Origin: Anaerospora hongkongensis
GTDB lineage: Bacteria > Bacillota > Negativicutes > Sporomusales > DSM-15969
Length of the DNA: 24,000 nucleotides
Direction: 5' to 3'
NCBI RefSeq assembly: GCF_004339805.1
Contig: NZ_SLUI01000007.1
Location: 57,061 to 81,060, forward strand
Shown here: positions 17,466 through 24,000 of the stretch, in pieces
Position numbering within the stretch: the stretch's first letter is position 1
Layout: every line of letters starts with the position of its first letter
The notes under the pieces: generated by a model
What the model was told of the DNA's origin: nothing
The model's input: only the letters and a program-made list of their open reading frames with translations
Databases searched by the model: none
Program-made: the position numbers and the translations under genes

Positions 17466-18350
17466 ATGCACATGTCAGGCAAATTAATTCGCTTATTCTT
17501 AACTGATGGTCAGCCCAATGGGTTGCGGACAGTTGAAATTTCCAATATGACCATTCATGGAACGATTTTTCCCCGGACGCAATTAGAGGGTTTTATGAAG
17601 CGGGAGGCGGCTAATAAACCGGGGGTGTATATGCTCATTGGTCAGGACGAGCAGGATCTGGAAACTATTGCTTTATACATTGGACAAGGCGACCCGGTGT
17701 TGCCACGGTTACGGGATCATGCCCGGAACAAGGAGTTTTGGACCGAGGCTATCGTTTTTTCTTCGAAAGATGATTATCTAACCAAAACCCAGGTTAAATA
17801 TCTGGAGGCAGACTTGTATGCCCTAGCGAAGGAAGCATATAGGGCCAAACTGGATAATACGCAAGCACCGACCAGGCCGAACATCTCGGAAGTGGATAAA
17901 GCCGAAGTCAATCAGTTCCTAGAGGCCATTAAACTGCTGCTATTGGCACTAGGCCGAGATATTTTAGAACCAAGGATCTTAACCGAAGCAAATACGGGCG
18001 TATCGGAAACCATATTTGAGTTGAAAAATAAGAATGCCTTTGCCCGTATGGCAGTTATCAATAATAAGTATGTGGTGCTCAAAGGCTCTACCGCTGTCCG
18101 CGAAAATCGGCGTTCTATAGCCCCGTTCCTGGTTAAACTTCGTCAAGATCTGGTGGATACTGGTATTATGGTTGAGACTGATGAAGAACTTTATACATTT
18201 ATGCAGGATGCCACCTTTAATAGCCCAAGTTACGCAGCAGCGGCAATCGTGGGCGGTGCTGCCAATGGGCGGAGATTATGGAAGTACAACGGTAAGGCAT
18301 TAAGAGAGTGGGATAATGAAATAGTAGATATCTGTGAAGATGACGATTAA
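17466..18350 (+). CDS. GIY-YIG nuclease-like protein with a C-terminal DUF4357-like domain, co-oriented fourth gene of the R-M operon
   Basis: GIY-YIG elements are present: GVYML, LYIGQG, RLRDH and YLEADL (Glu). The C-terminal FNSPSYAAAAIVGGAANGRRLWK matches my recollection of DUF4357. Start candidates are ATG 17466 or 17472, after the RBS GAAGAGGA. The gene begins ~50 nt after hsdS with no terminator between them. Confidence 0.8.
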   Translation: MHMSGKLIRLFLTDGQPNGLRTVEISNMTIHGTIFPRTQLEGFMKREAANKPGVYMLIGQDEQDLETIALYIGQGDPVLPRLRDHARNKEFWTEAIVFSSKDDYLTKTQVKYLEADLYALAKEAYRAKLDNTQAPTRPNISEVDKAEVNQFLEAIKLLLLALGRDILEPRILTEANTGVSETIFELKNKNAFARMAVINNKYVVLKGSTAVRENRRSIAPFLVKLRQDLVDTGIMVETDEELYTFMQDATFNSPSYAAAAIVGGAANGRRLWKYNGKALREWDNEIVDICEDDD

Positions 18351-18390
18351 CAAAAGCTCTAAAAATTTCTTAACAAAGGATTTATTATAA

Positions 18391-18440
18391 AAGAACGCCT
18401 AAAGTAAGCCAGTTCCGCTTACTTTAGGCGTTCTTTTCTT
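18391..18440. terminator. strong bidirectional terminator closing the R-M operon and the convergent XRE genes
   Basis: A 19-bp perfect stem: AAGAACGCCTAAAGTAAGC (18391-18409), loop CAGTTCC, GCTTACTTTAGGCGTTCTT (18417-18435). T-rich tracts lie on both sides. Confidence 0.85.
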
Positions 18441-18451
18441 TCAGCTATCCT

Positions 18452-18570
18452 TTAATCCATCTCTTCCCGCTTCCAAATCCCATGCTTATACAGCACAACC
18501 TCTCAATCAAGGCAATTTCTTTTTTATTTCCTCGGGCAGATTATACTTCTCATTATCCTCCCGAATGGCC
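18452..18570 (-). pseudogene. degenerate, frameshifted copy of the 3' (C-terminal tail) portion of the XRE gene at 18956..19285
   Basis: It aligns base-for-base with 18956-19075 at an offset of 504 bp, roughly 85-90% identical by eye. It would encode ..IREDNEKYNLPEEIKKEIALIE, then loses frame at a 1-nt deletion (GAGAGGTTGTG versus GAGGAGTTTGTG). It is not in frame with the adjacent 75-aa gene. Confidence 0.7.
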
Positions 18571-18573
18571 TAT

Positions 18574-18801
18574 TTACCTTCTTTTCGGATTATCAGATAA
18601 GCCAGCTAAATAATCTAATGACACATTAAAATACTCTGCTAAAGCCGTAGCCATATCAAGTGGAGGAAGTCGATCACCTTTCTCCCAATGGCTTACGGTT
18701 TGCTTTGTGACACTAAATTTTGCTCCTAATTGTTCAAGTGTTAAATTATTTTGTTGTCTCAGGTCTCTTAATCTTTTACAAAAAATTTCGTGTAAAAACA
18801 T
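18574..18801 (-). CDS. XRE-family helix-turn-helix transcriptional regulator (75 aa)
   Basis: An HTH_3 pattern is present (LTLEQLGAKFSVTKQTVSHWEKGDRLPPLDMATALAEYFNVSLDYL). An AAGGAG RBS lies 7 nt upstream of the ATG at 18801. Confidence 0.85.
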   Translation of the reverse strand: MFLHEIFCKRLRDLRQQNNLTLEQLGAKFSVTKQTVSHWEKGDRLPPLDMATALAEYFNVSLDYLAGLSDNPKRR

Positions 18802-18812
18802 TAGAATACTCC

Positions 18813-18841
18813 TTGACAGTCAACTGAAAGTTGACTAGAAT
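18813..18841 (+). promoter_or_regulatory. near-consensus sigma-A promoter P1 whose spacer is exactly operator O1
   Basis: TTGACA (18813-18818), a 17-nt spacer (18819-18835, GTCAACTGAAAGTTGAC), then TAGAAT (18836-18841). It points rightward, into the antisense of the 109-aa XRE gene. Confidence 0.55.
18819..18835. promoter_or_regulatory. 17-bp palindromic operator O1 (GTCAACT-N3-AGTTGAC)
   Basis: GTCAACTGAAAGTTGAC has perfect 7-bp inverted arms. Confidence 0.6.
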
Positions 18842-18856
18842 AAACATAGGCATTGA

Positions 18857-18873
18857 GTCAACTTTTAGTTGAC
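18857..18873. promoter_or_regulatory. 17-bp palindromic operator O2 (GTCAACT-N3-AGTTGAC)
   Basis: GTCAACTTTTAGTTGAC has the same arms as O1. The two centres are 38 bp apart. Confidence 0.6.
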
Positions 18874-18955
18874 AAACAAAAGGTTTATAAAGTAGGAAGA
18901 GGGTTGAACTAGAATATATAACGATGATTTATAAGAGCAAGTGACCTTATTCCGA

Positions 18956-19075
18956 TTACTCCATCTCTTCCCGTTTCCGAATCCCATGCTTATACAGCAC
19001 AAACTCCTCAATCAAAGCAATTTCCTTTTTGACTTCCTCGGGCAGGTTATATTTCTCATTATCTTCGCGAATGAC
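18956..19075. repeat. right-hand copy of the ~120-bp direct repeat (partner at 18452-18570)
   Basis: See the pseudogene entry. Similarity stops abruptly at ~18570/19075 and at the stop codon TTA (18452-18454 / 18956-18958). Confidence 0.75.
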
Positions 19076-19285
19076 TGGTACAGGTTTGGCTTCCGTGAAA
19101 AATTCAGCCAGAGAGATGTCCAGGGCCTGGCAGACTTTTTCCAGAGTTGTAACGTTAGGATTTTTTTTACCGATTTCAATATCCCGCAATGTAGCCTGGC
19201 CGATTCCGGCAAGCTGAGCGAGCTTGTTGGTTGAGTAATTCTTTTCTGTCCGCAACTGAATAATGCGTTTGGCAGTATTCATCAT
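18956..19285 (-). CDS. XRE-family helix-turn-helix transcriptional regulator (109 aa) with a charged C-terminal tail
   Basis: An HTH_3 pattern is present (YSTNKLAQLAGIGQATLRDIEIGKKNPNVTTLEKVCQALDISLAEFF). A GGAGG RBS lies 7 nt upstream of the ATG at 19285. A possible -10 TATAAT on the minus strand sits at 19319..19314. The + strand ORFs 18941..19234 and 19029..19217 are antisense shadows. Confidence 0.88.
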   Translation of the reverse strand: MMNTAKRIIQLRTEKNYSTNKLAQLAGIGQATLRDIEIGKKNPNVTTLEKVCQALDISLAEFFTEAKPVPVIREDNEKYNLPEEVKKEIALIEEFVLYKHGIRKREEME

Positions 19286-19355
19286 ATTATATCCTCCAAT
19301 TAACGCTAAAGCAATTATAGGTAAAAGGAATTCCAGATTAACTAACGCAAAAACA

Positions 19356-19384
19356 TTGACAACTTAAAGCATTTGCATTAGAAT
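19356..19384 (+). promoter_or_regulatory. near-consensus sigma-A promoter P2 for the AcnX-DcuC-DUF1847-PatB operon
   Basis: TTGACA (19356-19361), a 17-nt spacer, then TAGAAT (19379-19384). The hexamers and spacing are the same as P1. It lies ~250 nt upstream of the ATG at 19641. Confidence 0.6.
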
Positions 19385-19640
19385 GAAATGTATGAAAGGG
19401 GGAGTTGTTTTTTTTACCGAACGGAATCGTTCACAACAACCACATAAAGGAGTTGGTGAAGGCGTTGCAAAGAATCGGCAGCATTACTATGGGCGAATGC
19501 TGTTTATTTGTCATGCCCTGCATGCGTTGGCGCGCGTGCAGGAAGAGTGTGAGTTTCCAGAACAATCCATTTCCATTATAGCGCAACAATAAAAAAACGT
19601 AAACCTTTGTTAGGAAATCCCGGTAAGAGGAGGGATTAAT

Positions 19641-20879
19641 ATGAAGTTAACTATTGAGGAGCAAGCCATAGTAGGCGGCAGTGAAGGTACGGTCAGGCAA
19701 AAGGCGATGGAATTGCTTGTGCATTACGGAGGGGCAGTCGATGCAGAAAAACTCATTGACACGAACAATGTCTGCGGAGACATAAGGCTGGCTACGGTAT
19801 TGCCAATGTTCAACCTGGAGCCTTCAGAGCTTAGTGGCTTCCCAACGGTCAAGGCATATTCTTGTCAAATGGGGACTGGCTTAGACTCTGAACAGTGGCA
19901 GCTCCAAGGCGTAACGCAAGAACAGTATGAAGAGCAGATAGCTGATGAAGCTTTTGCTGCTTCGATTGGCGTCAATCAGTTGTGCACCTGCGTACCTTAT
20001 TTGGTTGGCAATGTACCTGTAAAAGGGGAGCATTGTGCCTGGATAAAGTCATCTGCGGTGGTGTATATCAACTCGGTATTAGGTGCCCGCACCAATGGGG
20101 AAAGCAGCGAGATTACGATAGCCGCTATGCTTACCGGTAAGACTCCCTACTGGGGACTGCATCTTCCCGAAAATCGTCTGGGCACGCATCTTATTAATGT
20201 TGAGTGGGAAGTAAAGAGTGCGCTGGACTGGGAGTTGTTAGGCTATTATACCGGACAACTGGTGAAAACAGGCAAGCCGGTTTTTTACAGCATTCAACAT
20301 GTACCCAATCTGATGCGGCTGAAAGGTCTGAGTGCAGCCTTGCAAGCAGCGAGTGAGTGCGAGCTGTTTCATATCCCTGGCATTACCGCTGAAGCACGCA
20401 ATCTAAATGAGGCCTTTGGCGGTAAACAGCCGCTGGATGTGCTGCGCTTCGGTAAGGCTGAGCGCATGCTGGCCTTTGATATGCTCAATGCCTGTGCCCA
20501 TGACCGTACGGTGGACTGGGTGATTCTCGGTTGTCCCCCTTGTTCGCTGGAAGAATTGGGCGAGATTTGCCGCCTGCTTGCAGGTCGGAAAGTGCACGGT
20601 AATGTGAGGTTATGGATCGTTACGCCCCGTGCCTTAAAGACGGTGGCTGACCGCACTGGCTATACCCGCATTATCAGCGAAGCGGGAGGAGTATTAATAA
20701 GTGACACCTGTCCAGCCGAGGGCAGGGTGAAACCGCAAGATGCCAAGGTAGTGGCGACCAATTCAGCCAAGCAGGCGCACTGCCTGACTGGCCTACCTGG
20801 GTTGCAATGCTGGTTCGGCTCGACAGCAGATTGCATTACTGCTGCTGTGACCGGTAAGTGGCAGGGAGAGCTGAAATGA
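19641..20879 (+). CDS. aconitase X (AcnX) catalytic / DUF521 family hydro-lyase large subunit
   Basis: GAGGAGGG RBS. The N-terminus MKLTIEEQAIVGGSEGTVRQKAMELLVHYGG and the C-terminus VATNSAKQAHCL...FGSTADCITAAVTGKW match the DUF521 layout as I recall it. No DUF126 small-subunit ORF lies adjacent. Confidence 0.75.
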   Translation: MKLTIEEQAIVGGSEGTVRQKAMELLVHYGGAVDAEKLIDTNNVCGDIRLATVLPMFNLEPSELSGFPTVKAYSCQMGTGLDSEQWQLQGVTQEQYEEQIADEAFAASIGVNQLCTCVPYLVGNVPVKGEHCAWIKSSAVVYINSVLGARTNGESSEITIAAMLTGKTPYWGLHLPENRLGTHLINVEWEVKSALDWELLGYYTGQLVKTGKPVFYSIQHVPNLMRLKGLSAALQAASECELFHIPGITAEARNLNEAFGGKQPLDVLRFGKAERMLAFDMLNACAHDRTVDWVILGCPPCSLEELGEICRLLAGRKVHGNVRLWIVTPRALKTVADRTGYTRIISEAGGVLISDTCPAEGRVKPQDAKVVATNSAKQAHCLTGLPGLQCWFGSTADCITAAVTGKWQGELK

Positions 20880-20910
20880 TGTTACAAGCAAAGGGAGGCA
20901 GAGGGAGAAC

Positions 20911-22272
20911 ATGACCATGATGATCATTACAGGAATCGTCATTGCCTGGGTTGTCTATATGATTGTCAAAAAGTATTATCCTCAGGCGGTGCTGTTAACG
21001 GCAGGCATGATCCTGCTGCTGGCAGCGTGCCAGCTTAGCAATACGGTTCTGCTGGAAGGGAAACAATCCTCCGGTTCGGTCTTTTTAGATATTTTTCATA
21101 CCGGCAGTGTTTTGCTCAGTTCCCGCGTTGCCGGGCTGGGGCTGACCATTATGTCTATTGCCGGGTTTGCCAGGTATATGGAGTATATCGGGGCGAGTAA
21201 AGCTTTATTTGCCGTAGTGGCCTCGCCGATTAAACATATTAAATCACCCTATTTGCTGCTGGTACTGAGCTTTTTTATGAGTCAGTTTTTGGTCTTGTTC
21301 ATTCCCAGTCATGCCGGATTAGGACTCTTGCTCATGGTCATGTTGTATCCCGTTCTGATCCGGGCCGGTGTGAGTAAGCTGTCGGCACTCGGTGTTATCG
21401 GCTGCGCGCAGTACATGGATGTAGGCCCCGGTTCGGGCAATGCCATTCTGGCCGCGAATCTCTGTAAGCTTGATCCGGCGGTATACTTTGTCAATCACCA
21501 GCTGCCCATCTTTGTTGTCACCACCTTGCTGCTGGGGATTACTCACTATTTTGTGCAACAATGGTGGGACAAGAAAGAGGGCTTTACCGGTCATGATGCC
21601 TCGCTGGATTACGGGAAGGAGGAGGACAGCCGTCCGCCATTACTGTATGCGATTTTGCCCGTCATTCCCATGCTGCTCATCCTTGGCTTCAGCCCGCTGT
21701 TTAAAAGCAAAATTAAGATGGACGTTGTTACGGCGATGTTTGTCAGTACTTTTATCAGCATGGCCTTCGAGTATGTACGGACGAAAGATTTCCGTGCTGT
21801 CTTGCAGAGCCTAAAATATTTATACGAAGGTATGGGCAACAGCTTTGCGACGGTAGTCAGCTTGATCGTTGCCGGGGAAGTATTTGCTGCCGGTCTGATG
21901 AAGATCGGCGCCGTTGATGCGCTGACGGCAGGGGCACAGGAGCTGGGCCTGGGGGTACATGCGCTCATTATCCTGTTCTGTATTGTCATTGCCTGTTGTG
22001 CTTTTTTGATGGGGTCAGGCAATGCGGCGTTCTTCTCTTTTGCCGCGCTTACTCCGAAGATTGCGGCGGCACTGCATATTGAGGTGATTACGCTGCTGCT
22101 GCCGATGCAGATTATGACCAGCTTTGGCCGTGTGGTATCACCGATTACTGCCGCTATTGTGGCGATTGCCGGGGTGGCAGGCGTATCACCGGTGCAGGTG
22201 GTTAAGCGGACTGCCATTCCGATGGCAGTTGCGGCACTGGTCAATGTGGCCTTTGTTTTTATCAACTCATAA
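20911..22272 (+). CDS. dcuC: DcuC-family anaerobic C4-dicarboxylate transporter
   Basis: The sequence aligns by eye along its length with E. coli DcuC: IKSPYLLLVL.../INSPYLLMIA..., PLLYAILPVIP/PAFYAILPFTP, and SPVQVVKRTAIP/SPFEVVKRTSVP. It is a polytopic membrane protein. The antisense ORFs 21309..21594 and 21609..22265 are shadows. Confidence 0.88.
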   Translation: MTMMIITGIVIAWVVYMIVKKYYPQAVLLTAGMILLLAACQLSNTVLLEGKQSSGSVFLDIFHTGSVLLSSRVAGLGLTIMSIAGFARYMEYIGASKALFAVVASPIKHIKSPYLLLVLSFFMSQFLVLFIPSHAGLGLLLMVMLYPVLIRAGVSKLSALGVIGCAQYMDVGPGSGNAILAANLCKLDPAVYFVNHQLPIFVVTTLLLGITHYFVQQWWDKKEGFTGHDASLDYGKEEDSRPPLLYAILPVIPMLLILGFSPLFKSKIKMDVVTAMFVSTFISMAFEYVRTKDFRAVLQSLKYLYEGMGNSFATVVSLIVAGEVFAAGLMKIGAVDALTAGAQELGLGVHALIILFCIVIACCAFLMGSGNAAFFSFAALTPKIAAALHIEVITLLLPMQIMTSFGRVVSPITAAIVAIAGVAGVSPVQVVKRTAIPMAVAALVNVAFVFINS

Positions 22273-22284
22273 GGAGCTATTGCT

Positions 22285-22878
22285 ATGAAGTGTGCGAAAT
22301 GTACTCACCACAAGTGCTATCTGGCCGGGCAGAATTGTACGGGAATGACTGCTGATGCTGTGCAAGCAGCCTATACGGAGGAACATCTGACGATGATGCG
22401 GGCGGCGGCTTGCACGGAAGCCCGGTTTTATAATCAGCTAACCCGCTTAGAGGAGACAGCCGAGTTTTGCAAGCTTATGAACTATACAAAAATTGGTTTG
22501 GCTTTCTGTATCGGTCTGAGTGAGGAAGCGAAACTGATTGAAGCGTATTTTGCCAAAAGCTTTCAGGTCTATTCGGTGTGCTGCAAGGTATGCGGGATCG
22601 CCAAAGAGCAGCTGGTGCTGGAGCAGATCAAGGCCGGTGCCCGCGAAACGATGTGCAACCCGCTTATGCAGGCCAGACTGCTGCAGGCTAAAGCCGTTGA
22701 GTTTTGTGTTACGGTGGGCTTATGCGTCGGTCATGATGCCCTGTTTACCGGTGCCTGCCAGGTGCCTGTATCCTGTTTAGCGGCAAAGGACAGAGTGCTT
22801 GCTCATAACCCGCTGGGCGCTGTGTACTCACGCTATTGGCGCAGGAAGCTGGGGATTCAGCCGGAAGGACAAGTGTAG
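22285..22878 (+). CDS. DUF1847-like Cys-rich (predicted metal-binding) protein
   Basis: An AAGGAG RBS precedes the start. The N-terminal cluster is CAKCTHHKCYLAGQNC, with further Cys at CCKVCG and LCVGHD. The family name is from memory. Confidence 0.7.
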   Translation: MKCAKCTHHKCYLAGQNCTGMTADAVQAAYTEEHLTMMRAAACTEARFYNQLTRLEETAEFCKLMNYTKIGLAFCIGLSEEAKLIEAYFAKSFQVYSVCCKVCGIAKEQLVLEQIKAGARETMCNPLMQARLLQAKAVEFCVTVGLCVGHDALFTGACQVPVSCLAAKDRVLAHNPLGAVYSRYWRRKLGIQPEGQV

Positions 22879-22919
22879 CTTGGGTAGTGAAATGGGAGAG
22901 GTGATTGTGATGATGAACC

Positions 22920-24000
22920 ATGATTTTGACGAACGGATTGACCGGACAGGGACGGAATGCAAGAAATGGGATACGTATGCAGCGGATGTACTGCCGCTAT
23001 GGATTGCCGACACCGATTTTAAATGCCCTCAGCCAATTATAGATGCTATGGTGAAACGGGCGCAGCATGGAATTTACGGGTATCCGGTCAATGATAAGAA
23101 GTTTGAGCAGTCGATTGTGAACTGGCAGAAGAAGCGCTTCAGCTGGGACGTTGATCCTGACTGGGTGGAATATACTCCGGCAGTTGTCCCGGCGATTATC
23201 TATGCTATGCGGGCCTTCACCAATCCGGGGGACAATGTTGTCATTCAGATGCCGGCGTACCATCCGTTTCATGAAATCATCCCCCATAACGGCAGGCACA
23301 TCCTGGGCAATGAGCTTGTTTTGCAGCCGGACGGCAGCTATGCCATTGATTTTGCTAATCTGGAGCAGCTGCTGAGTCAAAAGCGGACAACCATGTTCCT
23401 ATTGTGCAGCCCTCATAATCCTGTCGGCAAATGCTTTACCAGAGAAGAACTGACCCGCATGTCCGAGCTGTGTCTGAAGCATCATGTCATGGTGGTTTCT
23501 GATGAAATTCATTCGGATATTGTGTATGGTGACAATCGCCATATCCCCTTTGGCAGCCTATCACCGGAAGCTGCGAATAACTGCGTGGTTTGCGTGAATC
23601 CCAGTAAGACCTTCAATATTGCCGGGGTGCGGACTGGGGCGGCTATTATCCCGAACCGTCACAAGCATGACCGATTCTATGCTGCCCTGGCCGACAACAA
23701 AGCCTATGGCAGAACGGTATTTGGCACATTGCCAATTGAAGTGGCCTATAACGAATGCGATTATTATGCTGATCAATTGCTGGCCTATCTGGAAGCCAAT
23801 TTGAACTACCTCAAAGAATTCGTTGCCGAACGGATACCCCAGATTAAGGTTAGCAATGTGCAGGCGACATATCTGATCTGGCTGGATTGCCGGGCACTGC
23901 AGATGCCGCCCAAGGAATTGCAGCAGTTTTTCCTGGAACAGGCCAAGGTGGCCATGAATGAAGGCTCTACTTTCGGTCCGGGAGGAGCGGGCTTTATGCG
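22920..24000 (+). CDS. patB: MalY/PatB-family PLP-dependent C-S (cystathionine) beta-lyase; 3' end outside the window; not in the supplied ORF track
   Basis: Hand translation gives MMNHDFDERIDRTGTECKKWD...LPLWIADTDFKCPQPI...CSPHNPVGK...VVSDEIHSDIVYG...NPSKTFNIAG (PLP lysine)...YLIWLDC...GPGGAGFMR. This aligns closely with B. subtilis PatB from memory. A GGGAGAGG RBS lies 8 nt upstream. The frame stays open to the window end. The antisense ORF 22997..23380 is a shadow. Confidence 0.9.

Noticed and set aside
18574-18801. The 75-aa XRE protein as an R-M controller (C) protein with C-boxes
   Set aside because: The size and palindromic sites are reminiscent of C proteins. However, the gene is convergent to and downstream of the R-M operon, separated from it by a strong bidirectional terminator. 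The palindromes are nowhere near the hsdR promoter region. C proteins are typically associated with type II systems. This is not supported.
18941-19234. 97-aa and 62-aa + strand ORFs opposite the 109-aa XRE gene, as possible targets of promoter P1
   Set aside because: They are mirror-frame shadows of a clearly genuine HTH gene. They have no RBS and a Phe/Leu-rich nonsense-like sequence.
19383-19592. 69-aa ORF between promoter P2 and the AcnX gene; also an alternative-frame 40-aa Cys-containing ORF starting at GTG ~19456
   Set aside because: The 69-aa ORF has no usable RBS. The GTG lies only ~3-4 nt from the GGAG, which is too close. Neither sequence looks protein-like. The region is better explained as a structured 5' leader.
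21309-23380. Antisense or alternative-frame ORFs inside dcuC, the DUF1847 gene and patB (21309..21494, 21319..21594, 21440..21814, 21609..22265, 22538..22780, 22828..23013, 22997..23380, 23151..23375)
   Set aside because: All overlap genes with strong homology-style support on the + strand. Their compositions (Ala/Arg/Ser/Thr-rich) are typical of GC-skewed shadow frames.

Overview
The window looks Firmicute-like: GGAGG-type RBSs, stem-loop plus T-run terminators and mid-range GC by eye. No rRNA, tRNA, CRISPR array, transposase or integrase was seen. It reads as four blocks. (1) 1-5290 holds the 3' part of a PEP-utilising enzyme, then a run of small monocistronic genes of poorly understood families: a coiled-coil protein, a radical SAM enzyme, a TIGR04076-like protein, an unlisted 46-aa Cys-rich ORF and a DUF89 phosphatase. 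(2) 5295-10740 is housekeeping-type: a HAD-IIA phosphatase with a GlpT/UhpC-type transporter, a dienelactone-hydrolase-like protein, a GGDEF diguanylate cyclase apparently broken by a frameshift, and a membrane-anchored hypothetical. (3) 10741-19300 is an accessory island. It opens with an AT-rich non-coding gap carrying a full-consensus type III hammerhead ribozyme motif fused to a terminator. A type I R-M operon follows (hsdR with an N-terminal DUF4145, hsdM, and hsdS with AT-rich target recognition domains), then a fourth co-oriented GIY-YIG/DUF4357 nuclease-like gene. The island ends in two tandem XRE regulator modules with a ~120-bp direct repeat, twin 17-bp palindromic operators and two TTGACA-17-TAGAAT promoters. 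(4) 19356-24000 is a promoter plus ~250-nt structured leader and an unusual operon: an AcnX (DUF521) large subunit without its DUF126 partner, a DcuC transporter, a DUF1847 Cys-rich protein and a PatB/MalY C-S lyase (3' end outside the window). The most interesting items are the hammerhead motif, the R-M-associated GIY-YIG/DUF4357 gene, the XRE/operator/convergent-promoter switch, and the AcnX-DcuC-DUF1847-PatB operon. All family assignments come from motif recognition by eye; no database search was run.
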